In this document: piece by piece, positions 1 to 12,956 of the stretch
Position numbering within the stretch: position 1 is the first letter of the stretch
How the letters are laid out: every line of letters begins with the position of its first letter
Position numbers and translations under genes: made by a program
NCBI GenBank assembly: GCA_977017645.1
Contig: OZ360226.1
Span: forward strand, 158,472,001-158,536,000
Length of the DNA stretch: 64,000 nucleotides
From: Torpedo marmorata
Lineage: Eukaryota
Direction: 5' to 3'
The notes under the pieces: generated by a model
Told to the model about the DNA's origin: nothing
The model's input: only the letters and a program-made list of their open reading frames with translations
The model's database searches: none

Positions 1-1165
1 TGTGGACCAACCGCTCCACAGATGATGCCACCATTACCACCCTCCACCTAGCCCTCACCCACCTGGAAAATAAGGACGCGTATGTTCGAATGCTGTTTAT
101 TGACTTCAGCTCGGCATTCAACATGATCATACCTCAGTACCTGATAGGGAAGTTGAGGGGGCTGGGCCTAAACTACACCCTCTGTAAATGGATCCTAGAC
201 TTCCTGACGGGAAGACCTCAGGCAGTCCGGATTGGAAACAGCACTTCTAAGGTCTTTACATTGAGCACGGGGGCTCCCCAGGGCTGTGCGCTTAGTCCAT
301 TGCTGTTCACCCTGCTGACTCATGACTGTGCAGCAAAACACAGCTCGAATCACATCATAAAGTTCGCTGATGATACGACCGTGGTGGGCCTTATCAGTAA
401 GAATGATGAGTCAGCATACAGAGATGAGGTGCAGTCGCTAATGGAATGGTGCGGAATCAACAACCTGCATCTGAATGTAAACAAAACAAAAGAGTTGGTT
501 GTCGACTTCAGAAGGGCCCGGGGGGATCATTCTCCATTGACCATGGACGGCTCTACCGTTGAGGTCGTAAAGAGTACCAAGTTTCTTGGAGTGTACTTGG
601 CGGAGAGTCTCAGCTGGTCCCTCAACACCAGTTCCATAGTCAAGAAAGCCCAGCAGCGTCTTTACTTCCTGCGAAGGCTGAGGAAAGTTCACCTCCCACC
701 CCCTCTCTACTACATTCTACAGGGGATGTATTGAGAGTATTCTGAGCAATTGCATCACCGCTTGGTTTGGTAACTGTACCATCTCGGACCGAAAGACCCT
801 GCAGAGGATAGTGAGATCAGCGGAGAAAATTATTGGAGTCTCTCTCTCTCCACCATGACAGACATCTACAACACACGATGCATGAGGAAGCCTAAAAACA
901 TTGTGAAGGACTTCTCACACCCCTTTGGTAAACTGTTTTCCCTTTTGCCATCTGGAAGGAGGTACCGAAGCACTCGGGCTTGTGCAACAGTTTTTTTCCC
1001 CCAAGCCATCAGGCTCCTCAATTCCTAGATATATATGTGTATTAGCATGTTATAGTTTTTCTATTGTATTATGATATTTATGTACACCTGCCCATGGTCC
1101 TGGAGAAATGCTATCTCATCTTACTGTGTATATGGTAATGAACGACAAATAGAGGTGACGACTTG
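1..1165 (+). mobile_element. Rex1/Babar-type non-LTR retrotransposon, 3' part (RT, C-terminus, 3' UTR), frameshifted
   Basis: ORF 90-734 has [30 protein letters not shown] and [13 protein letters not shown], typical of Rex1/Babar RT. The frame is lost near 705. The end is approximate. Confidence 0.85.
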
Positions 1166-2654
1166 AGGAACAGAATGCAAACCCAACCAATATCAGCTCA
1201 CACTGGATAACTGCCATCACTGGGTTTCAGTATTCAAACCAAAATGGTTTAATGCCAACAGAGCTCTTAGTGAGCCTCTCAAATGCACACTTTTTTGGGA
1301 AAATGCAAGAAAGATGCCATTGCCAATGATCAGAAACAAATGCCAAACAGTTGGCTGCCCACTCCACATTTGTTAAATTGTACCTTTGTCAGCAAGTACA
1401 TCAATGTAACAAAAAGCATCTTAGAGGTTCAAATGGTGCAACAAAAAAAATAAAATAGTTCATTCATTATAGTTTGAAATTGCTAACAATCTGAAGCTTT
1501 TGACCAAATATAATCAATGGACTTATCTATTTAATGATGGAAGAAAAAGCATGACAATGGCAACTCCATTAGTGAAAGCTCCCTTTCATAAAGGAAATAA
1601 AACACATGGACATTCATACACAAACTGATTCAACTTAAAATGAACATTTGGCTGGCTGATTTATTCTCCCCTACAGTTAACAACACAGCCCATCACAACC
1701 CCATTCGGAGATGAGATAAATGAGCAACTAGAACAGAAAAAAAACTTCTAATCTTCAAGTCTACTTAGTACAGCCTTAAATCAGGTAGTAATAATTCAAT
1801 ATTGCCATTTTCAACAGGAGCACACTCACTTGGCAATGGAAAAAAAAACCAGTTCATTTATAGTTTAATTCTTCTTAAGAGTTATACTGTATTGCAAACT
1901 CAAGTAAACAAAATATTACCAATTATGCATGGCACTTTTGGAAACAGAAGAAATAGTTACACTCTATTTTCCCTTAAAAAAAGTTTTAAAATATATTTCA
2001 TATCCTAGTTATGTCTATATACAGTTGGCAACTTAAGCTTCCCAAAGTGAGAAAGTTTTTTCTCCCCCCACTGAGGGGGTTGCTGTCTTAAATGCATTGC
2101 CTGAAATGGTGGATTCAGGTACTATCACATTTGAGCAGCATCTGGACAAACACTTGAATCACCCAGGCATTTTAGGCTATGGACGAAGTGCTGGTAAATG
2201 GGATTTGTTTAGTTAAATGGGTACTTGATAATCAACGTGGACGAAGTGGGTTGAATGACCCATTTGTGCTGAAAGAAAAATAATCTAAAAGTGGCATTCA
2301 TGACTACATTGGCTGAGTGCACAAAGTTTGAAAGAGTACACAAGAGAAAAATGATCAGGACAATTTGCTTCTAAATATTCTGTCGAGGTTCAGGCCAATT
2401 GGTTTGCTGCCAAGACAATTATCCAATGCTATTATTAATTTTGTACAGTGTGACATCACTTGAAGTCTCTTAGACTTAAAAATCCTAGAACTGTGTCACA
2501 AATATATTGAGCTCAAGAAGAAATACTATTGAAAATTATCATTTATCTAACTAACACTTCTGTACAATATACAATCAGCAAATCCATTGTTCAAATTTTT
2601 TCAGTTATGTCAAAACTCAATGGATTCCAATCATTGATATGATTGTATACTTAA

Positions 2655-3076
2655 ATAGAACATTAGAGCACAATGCACTTCAGACCACAATATTGTGTCG
2701 ACCTACATTAACCTACTCAACCATCTGAACCCTCCCAACCTCATAACCCTCTATTTTTATTGCATCCATGTGCCTGTCTAAGAGCATTGTACCAGCCTCT
2801 ACCACCATCCCTGGCAATGCATTCCAGGCACCCACTACGATGTAAAAAACTTACACCTGACGTCTCCCCTAAACTTTCCTCTCCTCATCTTATACAGATG
2901 TCCGCTGATATTTGCTACTGTTGCCCTAAGAAAAGGGTGTTGGCTGACCACCCCATCTACCCCTTTCATAATCTTTTAGACCTCTATTAAAACATCCTGG
3001 TAAGTCTCCTCTGCACTTTCTCCATAGCGTCCATATCCTTCCTGCAATAAGGTGACCAGAAATGAACACAATATTC
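2655..3076 (-). mobile_element. Degenerate CR1 (HER1-like) LINE 3' end
   Basis: Reverse-complement similarity to the CR1 3' regions at 45400-45897 (e.g. ttcataatcttttagacctctatta, gaacacaatattcc). Confidence 0.6.
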
Positions 3077-3360
3077 CTTTTCTTTTTAAAATATTTTTAT
3101 TGACTTTAACATATATCACATATACATGATCCGTAATAGACAGATATACTATATGTATATGAAAAGATGTACTAACTTAATTATACTACATGGAACCATA
3201 TTCATATAGATCAGAGTTAAATTCTATTTAATTTTTAAAAAAATAACAGTAATAGACATAGCTAAACCGCTCCCAATTTCTGAAAATAAGAAAAGAAACA
3301 AAGAAGAATAAAAAGGAAAAAAAAGAAAAAATCCAACAAAAAAAACCCAAAACTAACCTA

Positions 3361-4466
3361 CCGTATATTTCGGCGTATAAGTCGACCGACGTATAAGTCG
3401 ACCCCCCTTTTTCAGCCTCATTTTAATGGTTTTATGGTATATCCGGCGTATAAGTCGACCCCAAAAATCGCGATGCCTAAGATGTTGCGCATTGACCGGC
3501 GTATAAGTCGACCCCCAATTTTCAGGCTGTCTGGGCCTCCCAGCAACAACCCAAAATTTGTTACAACATCCCAATCGCCAAGTAACAAAGCTGTAAATTA
3601 AGCAAGTACCGGTAAGTAAAAAAAACAGTAAAAAAACCTTTGCTTCTGGCCGGGAAGATGCAGGTGCGGCGACGTCTTTCTCCCGAGCAGGAGCGGGGAG
3701 CTCGTTCTCCCGAGCAGTAGCGGGGAGCTCGTTCTCCCAGGCAGGAGCGGGGAGCTCGTTCTCCCGGGCAGGAGCGGGGAGCTCGTTCTCCCGGGCAGGA
3801 GCGGGGAGCTCGTTCTCCCGGGCAGGAGCGGGGAGCTCGTTCTCCCGGGCAGGAGCGGGGAGCTCGTTCTCCCGGGCAGGAGCGGGGAGCTCGTTCTCCC
3901 GGGCAGGAGCGGGGAGCTCGTTCTCCCGGGCAGGAGCGGGGAGCTCGTTCTCCCAGGCAGGAGCGGGGACGTCTTTCTCCCGAGCAGGAGCGGGGAGCTC
4001 ATTCTCCCAGGCAGGAGCGGGGAGCTCGTTCTCCCAAGCAGGAGCGGGGAGCTCGTTCTCCCAAGCAGGAGCGGGGAGCTCGTTCTCCCAAGCAGGAGCG
4101 GGGAGCTCGTTCTCCCGGGCAGGAGCGGCGACCTCGTTCTCCCGGGCAGGAGCGGCGACCTCGTTCTCCCGGGTAGGAGCGGGGAGCTCAGGCTCTACAA
4201 TTGTAGAATGTCTGGGTGGTTTATGGCGGCGCCCGGCGGTGGGGAGGTGTCGGGGAGCGGCGGCGCCGGCGGTGGGGAGGCACTTCCAGGGTCGACCTAT
4301 ACGCCGAATCGTGTTTTCAGGGGTCGACTTATACGCCGAATCGGCGTGAACTCGATTTTGAGCTGATTTTAAGGTCTCAAAAGTATATCCGGCGTATAAG
4401 TCGACCCCCGTTTTTTGAGACATTTTTGAGGGTTTCAAGGGTCGACTTATACGCCGAAATATACGG
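3361..4466. mobile_element. Non-autonomous Tc1/mariner (Tc2/pogo-like) DNA transposon
   Basis: Perfect TIRs CCGTATATTTCGGCGTATAAGTCGACC. TA duplicated at 3359-60 and 4467-68. The empty site (aactaaccTAattctattct) is seen in the paralogous L1 copy at ~17831-17850. Confidence 0.93.
3666..4189. repeat. 27-bp GC-rich minisatellite, about 19 copies
   Basis: Unit ggggagctcgttctcccgggcaggagc; translates as (PAPARENEL)n on the minus strand. Confidence 0.95.
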
Positions 4467-5277
4467 TAATTCTATTCTAACCCCTTCCTCTAATCAAGAT
4501 TGCCATTTAAAAGAAAGTACAAATATGGATCAAACAGCGACCTCCAGAGCTCAGACAAAGACTCCTTGGAGCATCCAAATCTCTTAAATCTCCCAATCAT
4601 GATAAAATTCCATGAATGGGCGCCATATCTTATCAAATTGAAAGTTGTCTTTAATGTTATATCTAATTTTCTCTTGACTTAAAACACGACATTACATCGT
4701 GTAACCACTGTGTATGCGTAGGGGAGGAATCTTCTTTCCATTTCAATAGAATTGCCCGTCTAGCTATCAGTATAGTAAAAGCTAAAACCTTCTCCTGAGT
4801 TGCAGAGATAGGTATATCCAGTGCTCGAGAAAATCCAAATAAAGCAATCAATGGGCATGGTTGTAATTTAATCTTAAAAATCGTTGATAAAATTTGAAAT
4901 ATATTTCCCAAAAAACTTCCTAAATTTGGACATTCCCAAAACATATGAATCAATGAAGCTTCAAAAATTTTACATTTCTCACATAGTGGGTCAATATCAG
5001 CATAAAAACGATATAATTTAAGTTTAGACATGTGTACTCTGTGTACCACTTTAAATTGTAATAAACAGTGCCTGGCACAGAATGAGGAATCATTGATTAA
5101 ACTAAGAGTAGAATGACAATCTTCATCTGAAAAAGTTATGTTCAAATCATGCTCCCAATCACTCTTAATGCCAGTCATTGAAACTGATTTTAAACTCAAC
5201 AACTCACTATAGATACATGATACTAATCCACCATGAACAAACTGCAAGTTAAACAATAAGTCAAGAATATTTGCTTC

Positions 5278-7037
5278 TTAAAGAAGATTTGGAAAAATGG
5301 ATTAATTTACCTATTACATTGATAGGAAGAGTTAACTGTATTAAAATGAATATATTCCCAAGGATACAGTATTTGTATCAAACTATACCTATTTTATTAC
5401 CACAGGTTTTTTTTTCAGGATTTAAACAAACAAGTGCGAAAATTTCTTTGGAAAGGTAAAATATCAAGAGTTTCTATGGAACGTTTAACATGGAAATATG
5501 AATTGGGAGGTTTACAACTCCCCAATTTTAAAAATTATTATCGAGCGGCACAAATGAGATTTGTTACTTTTTTTTTGAAAGTGAAGGAAGACCTGCATGG
5601 GTTGGAATAGAGCTTGGAGAAATAGGAGAAAAGGTACCAGAAGAATTTATATATAAATGGAATTCAAAATTATTGATAGGTGTTAAAGAAACACCGTTGT
5701 TAAAACATTTGATTAATGCTTGGAACAAGATTAATGATGAGATAGGGATGAAAGGAAATATATCACCCAAAATGTCTTTGATACAGAATAATCTTATACC
5801 TTTTACAAAAGATAATCAATTTTTAAACATATGGTCACAAAGGAATAAAGAAGATATAAGATTGTTATGAAGGGAACCAATTGATGTCGTTTACACAATT
5901 ACGGAACAAATATGGAATACCCAATAATACTCTTTTTTGTTATTTTCAATTAAGAGGTTATTTAAGGGAAAAACTAGGTCCAGATATGTTGTTACAAGAT
6001 TGTAGTGAGGTAGAAACCCTTATTAGGAAAGGAAATATTAAAAAATTTACTTTTATAATGTATTCTTTGTTACAAAGGGGAGCTTTAAAACGAGGACTTC
6101 ATAAATCTAGACAAAGATGGGAGCAAGATCTTAATGTTATAATTGATGAAAAAAGGTAGTCGGATTTATGTCAAGATAGTATGACTAATACTATTAATGT
6201 AAGATATAGATTAGTACAGTATAATTTTTTACATCAACTATATCTTACACCACAAAAATTGAATAAGATAAAATCTACACTATCAAATAAGTGTTTTAGA
6301 TGTGGTGAAGTGGAGGGAACTTTTCTACATTCAACATGGTTATGTTCTAAAATAAAATGTTTTTGGATAGAGCTAGGGAACCGGTTAAAACAAATTACAG
6401 GTGTTACATTTCCACAGAATCCTGATTTATTTCTATTAGGGAATGTGGAAGGAACTAGACCAAAGTTGAAGTTATCTACATATCAATTGAAATTTGTAAA
6501 AATTGCCTTAGCAGTTGCAAGGAAGTGTATAGCAGTAACTTGGAAATCAGATACAAATTTAAGCATGGATAGATGGAATATAGAGATGCGGAGCTGTATT
6601 CCACTGGAAAAAATAACATATGAGAAACAAATATGGGATATTTTTGCAAATTTGGCGTCCATATATCCAATCATTAGGTATGAATATTTAAATGTGTTGC
6701 TCTACATCCTAGACCCTGTTGACTCTCTCAAATTCAAAGAATAAATATTGTTGAATGCCGCGCGTCGAGCCGTGGACCCAGCAACGATCCGTTCAGATGT
6801 TTTTGATAAGAAATACCAATGCCTTCTTTTCTGTTCTTTTCTTTTAGTTTTTAGTAAGGGGAGGGAATTAAAGGGAGGGGAAGGGTGGAGGGTGGGTAAC
6901 TTTAGAGGGTGGGTTAAGAGAGGGGTTAGATACACTGTAATACAAACTATGTCTTTATTTACTGGAATTAATAATGTAAACTACGTATGTTGTATTACTG
7001 TGAGAAAATTCAAAATTTAAAATAAAATATTAAAAAA
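5278..7037 (+). mobile_element. L1/Tx1 'family B', 5'-truncated, inserted antisense into the family-A copy
   Basis: Broken ORFs (LPITLIGRVNCIKMNIFP; CFRC..HSTWLC), 3' UTR ending aataaaatatt plus an A-tail. TSD aagaatatttgctt at 5263-5276 and 7038-7051. Confidence 0.9.
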
Positions 7038-7067
7038 AAGAATATTTGCTTGGGAATGCGAGGAAAA

Positions 7068-7265
7068 TCTGCTCTTATCATTGTCCATAGCTACGGTAAA
7101 AGTCAGGGAGTTGTGGTCCTGGTCACTTAAGTGTTCCCCCACCATAAGGTCTGTCACCTGACCAGGTTCATATCCCAGTACCAGATCCAGTATGGCCTCT
7201 CCTCTAGTCAGCTTGTCCACATAATGTGTCAGGAATCCTTGGACACACCTGACAAAATCTGCCCT
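7068..7265 (-). mobile_element. CR1 endonuclease-region fragment
   Basis: Translation TRGEAILDLVL...GEHLSDQDHN matches the CR1 APE C-terminal motif. Confidence 0.75.
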
Positions 7266-8569
7266 ATTATTCTGTTTCCCATCCCTCTGCCTTTTGCAGA
7301 TTAAAGTTTGATGCAAAACTTCTTGTCCAAACATTAACATTTCTAAGATAAATAACATAATTCATGGTTAACATTCCATTCTTAACTCATTGCAAATTGT
7401 CTCCAAATTGTCTACCAATGATAACTTCCGTCGCCTCCCACAGAAGATCATCACATTTCATTGCCAACACAACCTTCATTTTCACAAACAAAAGGCAAAA
7501 ACAAAAAAAACTTTCAAGAGCGTAATGTTATGCTTTAAAGATAAAAATGTAGTCAAGGACAGGCAGAAGTTACTGCAGAATTTTATTTGGTCTTGAAAAT
7601 AATCCTGTTCCAGCTTTCAGATAAACCAAAATTATTCAGAATTCAGTACAACTTCAGTGTAAGTCATGGCTATTCATGGCAAGTTGGTACTCATTCAAGC
7701 ACCACTTCTGACCAAACATACTGTTATTTTAATGTTCTCAAATTATCTCACTCTACTGTTTATGGAGGTTTTATTACAAATACACAGCCTCATTACAACA
7801 CATTATTTCTGCCATTCAAATACCCTCAAATGAATGCTTCTTATTGAAGTCTATGTCCAATTTCCAACGCGTACAATAGCTATAAATAGGTTTGGATAAC
7901 TCCAAGTGTAGGACATTTGGATTCAGAGAAGTTGCATTCAAAGAAGTTGCACAAAAGAACACTGAAATAGTTGAGGCCAGTCACATCAATAGTACGGATG
8001 TGGATTCAAGCAGATGACCAAAAATAAGGGGAGAAGTAAGTGGTAACACAGAGATGGCTCTAAACAGTATTTACTGATGAGACAGGATATAGGAAAGCCT
8101 AGCTCACCAGTGAAATTCAGGACAATTAGCTGCATCAAATCTCTTGGGTCAAATGAGTCACAAATTCCAGCAATGTCAGAGGTATCAAATTCTAGATCAG
8201 CCATATCCTGGAGACCAACTCCAGTGATGACAAAACACTATACTCCCCCAAGGTGCAATTATGCGCTTTTCACCTTCAGTTCTGTGATTCCATATTTCTT
8301 TACCAGCTCAAATTAGTACAAGTTACACAACATCCTGATGTGCATTCTCACATAAAAATGAGCAAGCAATAAGTGTTAGAAGTGGAAATTCAAACACATA
8401 CTTTCAATGGAAATGGGAAAGCACTTTGAAATTCAATCCTGAAAGAATCATAAAATTCCAGAATAATAACTATGAAAGTTACATATTATGAATCTACAAA
8501 ACCAAAGTCAATCTGCTTGGCATTTAAACACCCTAATTTTTACAACAATTGACTGGTTTCTATGAAATA

Positions 8570-8773
8570 CAGTAAAACCCCCAGTATCCGGCACCTGTGG
8601 GGATTGGTCGATGCCAGATAAGTGAATTTTACGGTTGCTTGAGATTGCCTGCTGCGTGATTGGCGAACTAACCGCGAGAGGATGCCAATTTTAAACTTTT
8701 GTATTTTTAACCCATTTATTTTCCGTGATTTTTTTCCCGGTTGTTTGAATTCCGGATAACGAGGATTTTACTG
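8570..8773. mobile_element. Tigger/pogo-like MITE (204 bp)
   Basis: Imperfect TIRs CAGTAAAACCCCCAGTATCCGG and CAGTAAAATCCTCGTTATCCGG (rc), each flanked by TA. Confidence 0.85.
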
Positions 8774-8809
8774 TAGTTTAAATCTGGAACTGGATGTGTG
8801 AGATTTAAG

Positions 8810-9290
8810 TTCAGCCCCTTGTCACCCAGTTCTTCTTCCATCTACCCATCACCCACACACCATCCCATAGCATTCCTTCTCCCACTGTTCCCATCAGGCG
8901 ATCATCCCTCCCTAACATGGTTCCACCAGTCTCCTTCCTCCAAGCAGCTGTCGCGACCTTCATCCTCCTCTGCCCCTTCCTGGTTCCCCAGGTTCCCACT
9001 CCCTCCCCCCTGAAGTATCTACTTCCACTGATGATCTCCAACACCACTCCACCTGACTCCATCTATCCGTCATTCATTACCCCTTCTTGGTCCGTCTAAT
9101 TCCCCACTGACCCCCTCCCCTCTTTAATAATGCCTGCCCTCCCTCTCCTTTCTCAATGCTGAAGCAGGGTTTTGACCTGAAATGTTAATTGTCCATTTAC
9201 CTCTATGGATGCTGCCTAGCCTAGTGAGTTCCTTCAGCAGTTTGGTTTTTTTTGCTCTAGATTCTAGCACCAGTTGTCTCGCATCTCCAC
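8810..9290 (+). mobile_element. Penelope-like element 3' tail remnant
   Basis: Pyrimidine-rich tract followed by ctgaagcagggttttgacctgaaatgt...gatgctgcctagcctagtgagttcc, the same tail type as the GIY-YIG-linked copy at 30620-31075. Confidence 0.6.
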
Positions 9291-10407
9291 TTTCAGACTA
9301 CCAATGACCAATTAGGCAAGTCAAATGAAACAAAGGTAGCAAGAATAAAGTTTAAAGCAACTTTGAGCTAATTGAACAACAAAGTCTATTCTGTTACTAA
9401 ATAAACAGAAAAACAGAGAAATACTCAAATTATGCAGCATTATGAGAGAAGATAAAAAGCCAAATTTTCAGGACGAGCATTGAAAGAAACTACAAAACAT
9501 TACATTTCAAACATATAAGACAATGCGTAGAGAACACGTGCGACATCTGTGACAGGACAGAGAGATTAAACGATGCAAATGGTGGTGAAGTCAGCTGAGT
9601 GAGAAATTGAAAATTTCTTGAGAAAAGAGAACATTACAGCACAGTTCAGGCCTATTTTGCCCACGATGTTGTACAGACCTGTGCAAACCTACTCCACAAC
9701 AATCTAATTTCTCCCTATCTCACACCCACAACCCTCTATTTTTCCCCCACATCCATGCACCCATTTAAGAGTCTTCTGAATGTCCCCACTATATCACTCT
9801 CCACCACCAAAGCACTCCAGGCATCCACAACCCCCCAAACAAGAAAGCCCACCTCTGATGTCTCCCCTAAACCTTCCTCCACTCACCCTAAACAGATGTC
9901 CTCTGGTATTTGCCATTGTCACCCCAGGGAAAAGTGATAGTCAAGTTTATTGTCCTCAGATTGTACAAGTGCAACCCAATGAAACAGCATTCTCCGGTCC
10001 TCTTTGCAAAACATGCAGACACACAACCAGACATAACACACATACAGACAAACAATACATGTGCAGGACGTATCTTATCTATACAAATAAATATTGTTTT
10101 GTACATATGAGAGTCGCGGATGGTTAGTGTGAGCAGTTCCTTTGGTCATTCAGCATTCTCACTACCCGTGGGAAGAAACTGTTCCTCAGCCTGGTGGTGC
10201 TGGCTCTGATACTCCCGACATCGGCAGCTGAAAGATGCTCTGTACAGGGTGGAAGGGGTCCTCAATGATTTTGCCCTCTTCAGACAACAATCCCAGTAGA
10301 TCAGATCGATGGGGGGGGGGGGGGGGGGGGAGGGGAGAGAAACTCCAGTGATCCTCTCTGCCACTCTTATGGTCCTGTGGATTGACCTCCGATGTGATGC
10401 TCTACAG

Positions 10408-11079
10408 CAGGGCTTCCCAAACTTTTTAAACTCGCAGAACCCTTTGGTGGAGCACTTGGAAATCGCAGAACCCCAATCGTCATTTACAGTTTAAAAGACC
10501 TGGTATATACACAAGCATATAAAAAAATAAATAAATAAAGCATATAAAAAAGTAAATAAACTCACCAGTAGCGGATTAACTTCCACCCGGGCCCTAGGCT
10601 GCGCTTCAGTAAGGCCCCCCACCCCCCCCCCTCGACCTTGCCCCGCCATTGGCCCGAGCTAACCCCACCGCCCCTCGCTCCCCGCCACAGACCTGGCTAC
10701 ATCCCTCGCTCCCCGCCGCGGCCCAGGCTGTCTACGCCGCCCCTCGGTCCCCACCGCGGCTCGGGCCGCTCCCCGCCGCAGCCCAGGTCGCCTCCGCCGC
10801 CCCTTGCTCCCCGCCGTGGCCCAGGCCGCCTCCACTGCCCCTTGCTCCCCACTTAGGGAGCGAGCGAGTGAACGAGAAGAGGGGGAGGCAGTTTAAATTT
10901 TAAAAATGTGGCCAGCCTCGCGCCAAAAGAAATCCGAGTCTCATTGGTTGAAAATGGCGTCTTGAGGCTGACGTCTGCGCTGCCGACGTCAGGCCTCAAG
11001 ACGCCATTTTGTTTTGTTAGCGTCGAGGCAACTGTTACAAACACAGGTAAAAAGTAATTTAAATTTAAATTAAATAAAC

Positions 11080-11114
<35 letters not shown>

Positions 11115-11188
11115 GTTTTAGTTATTAGTACCCATTTCTTCTGAGGAACCCCTGCGCCTTTCCGTGGAACCCTGTTTGGGAAACGCTG
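10408..11188. mobile_element. hAT (Charlie-like) non-autonomous element
   Basis: TIRs CAGGGCTTCCCAAAC and CAGCGTTTCCCAAAC (rc). Perfect 8-bp TSD ctctacag at 10400-10407 and 11189-11196. Confidence 0.92.
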
Positions 11189-11929
11189 CTCTACAGCAAC
11201 CGTACTACACAATGATGCAGCTGGCCAGGAAGCTCTAAATAGAGCTTCTGTTGAAGGTTGACATAATGGTGGCCAGTAGCCTTGACCACTTCAGTCTTCT
11301 TAGGAAGTGCAGTTGCTGTTGCGCCTTCCTGACAAGTGAGGAGATGTTGAGTGTCCACGATAGGTTACTGGTTAAGTGAACTCCAAAGATCTTGGTGATC
11401 TCCATTCTCTCTACTACAGAGTTGTTGATGTGTAGTAGAGCTGTGGAGAGTGGTCATTCCTGGTCCTCCTGAAGTCCACGATCATCATCTTCGTCTTGTC
11501 CACGTTGAGACTCAGGTTGTTACTCTCGCACCATTTCACGAGATTTTCTACCTCTTCTGTTGTGCGACTCATCGTTATTGCTGATGAGGCCAACTGCTGT
11601 TGTGTCATCTGCAAACCTGATGACACTGTTGGAGCTGATTCTGGCGATGCAGTCATGGGTCAGAAAGAAACATGAACAGGAGTAGACTGAGCAAACAGCC
11701 TTGAGGTGCGCCACTGCTCAGCGTGACAGTGCTCGACATTCTGCTACCGACCCGGACAGACTGTGGTCTTTCTGTTAGGAAGTCCAGGAAGGACAGCTTC
11801 TCCACCATCCTCTGGGGAATGATCGTATTAATCATCGAGCTGAAGTTGATGAACAGCAGTCTGGCATATGAGGTGTCGTTGTCCAGGTGGGTCAGGACAG
11901 AGTGAAGCGACAAGACTATAGCATCGTCT

Positions 11930-12956
11930 TTGAAGATACATGGCGACCTTTATGTCTTATTTTCATTTCATATGATGTAAATGTTTCTAATGTGATTACC
12001 GCATTTGATGGCATATAGGACACCCCACCCCCCAATTTTGGCATGAGATTTCAGGAAAAAATTGTTTTAGTGTATTTACCTTCACAGCAGCAACACGTCC
12101 TCCTGCCCGCCGCACGCCGAGGCTCAGGCTGCTTCCCCCCACCATCCAAACGCTAATTGATTGACAGGTGTGCCGGGACCTGCGGGCGCACGAGGGTGGG
12201 AGGGAGAGAAGCCAAGACAACGGGCAGGGCCCAGGCCCACCATCGCGGGGAGCAATCGATCGCTTGCTTTGAGGGGAGTGCTGGACCTCTGTGATCAGGC
12301 TCCACGCTGAGCCTTTGTTTGACGCACACGGCCCCCCAAACAGATTGAATGAGGCGCGGGGGCAGATGGCAGTGAGCGAGCGAGCGGGCGGCCTGTTGAG
12401 CTGAGCTTGACAGGCCGCTCGCTCACTGTCACCCGCCCCTCATTCAATTTGCTCGAGGGTCCGTGCTCATCGAACAAAGCCTGATCATCGCGGCCCAGTG
12501 CTACCCTCAAAGCACTGTTGGTGAGAGCGAACGGGCAGGAGGGAGAGAGAGGGCAAGCGGGTGAGGAGAGTGCGGGCGGGGAGAGAGGGGGCGATGTATT
12601 TACTTTTCCAGATGAGATATAGTCTTACCTTTGTTTTTTGAATTACGGTAGGAACCAAAAACTACAAAATATATGTAACCCTCAGGATAAGCTGCTCAGC
12701 TGTTTGTTTTTTTTGATAGTTGTTTTTTTTTTATTAAAAGTGGGGTGTTTTGTTTTTTTTTTTTTTTTTTTTAAATACTTTTGATGTTTTTTTTTTCCAT
12801 TTTCATCCATTGCAGTGGAGGGGGGACCGAGTTTATACTGTTTGAAGTTTTATCTTAATATACATATACATATGTGATATTGTATTTTCAGTTTTGTTCT
12901 CTTTTCTTCATTGTATTGTATTTCTTATAAAAACCAATAACAAAGATTGAAAAAGA
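11930..12956 (+). mobile_element. L1/Tx1 3'-end fragment
   Basis: 18-bp TSD aagactatagcatcgtct at 11912-11929 and 12957-12974. T-rich UTR ending in an A-rich tail. Confidence 0.8.
11999..12648. mobile_element. Degenerate Tc2-like MITE with a GC-rich interior
   Basis: Termini TA|CCGCATT... and ...AATTACGG|TA resemble the 3361-4466 element. The TIR match is poor beyond the first bases. Confidence 0.6.

Larger units (their letters stand above)
3077..7067 (-). mobile_element. L1/Tx1 'family A' 3' fragment, interrupted by a Tc2 MITE and an antisense L1/Tx1
   Basis: Reverse complement closely matches 16910-18108. ORF 4663-5256 has the CEKC..H..WEC knuckle. The T-rich tail starts near 3077. Host sequence resumes at 7038-7067 (aagaatatttgcttgggaatgcgaggaaaa). 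Confidence 0.9.

Noticed and set aside
3666-4189. CRISPR-like array
   Set aside because: Head-to-tail repeats with no unique spacers and no cas genes, in a eukaryotic context.
3353-4438. 361-aa ORF with (PAPARENEL)n repeats as a novel protein
   Set aside because: It lies within a MITE and stays open because the 27-bp unit is a stop-free multiple of 3. No transposase motifs.
3077-7040. Twin-priming 5' inversion of a single L1
   Set aside because: The two arms are different subfamilies, each with its own 3' tail, and the host resumes after a TSD at 7038.
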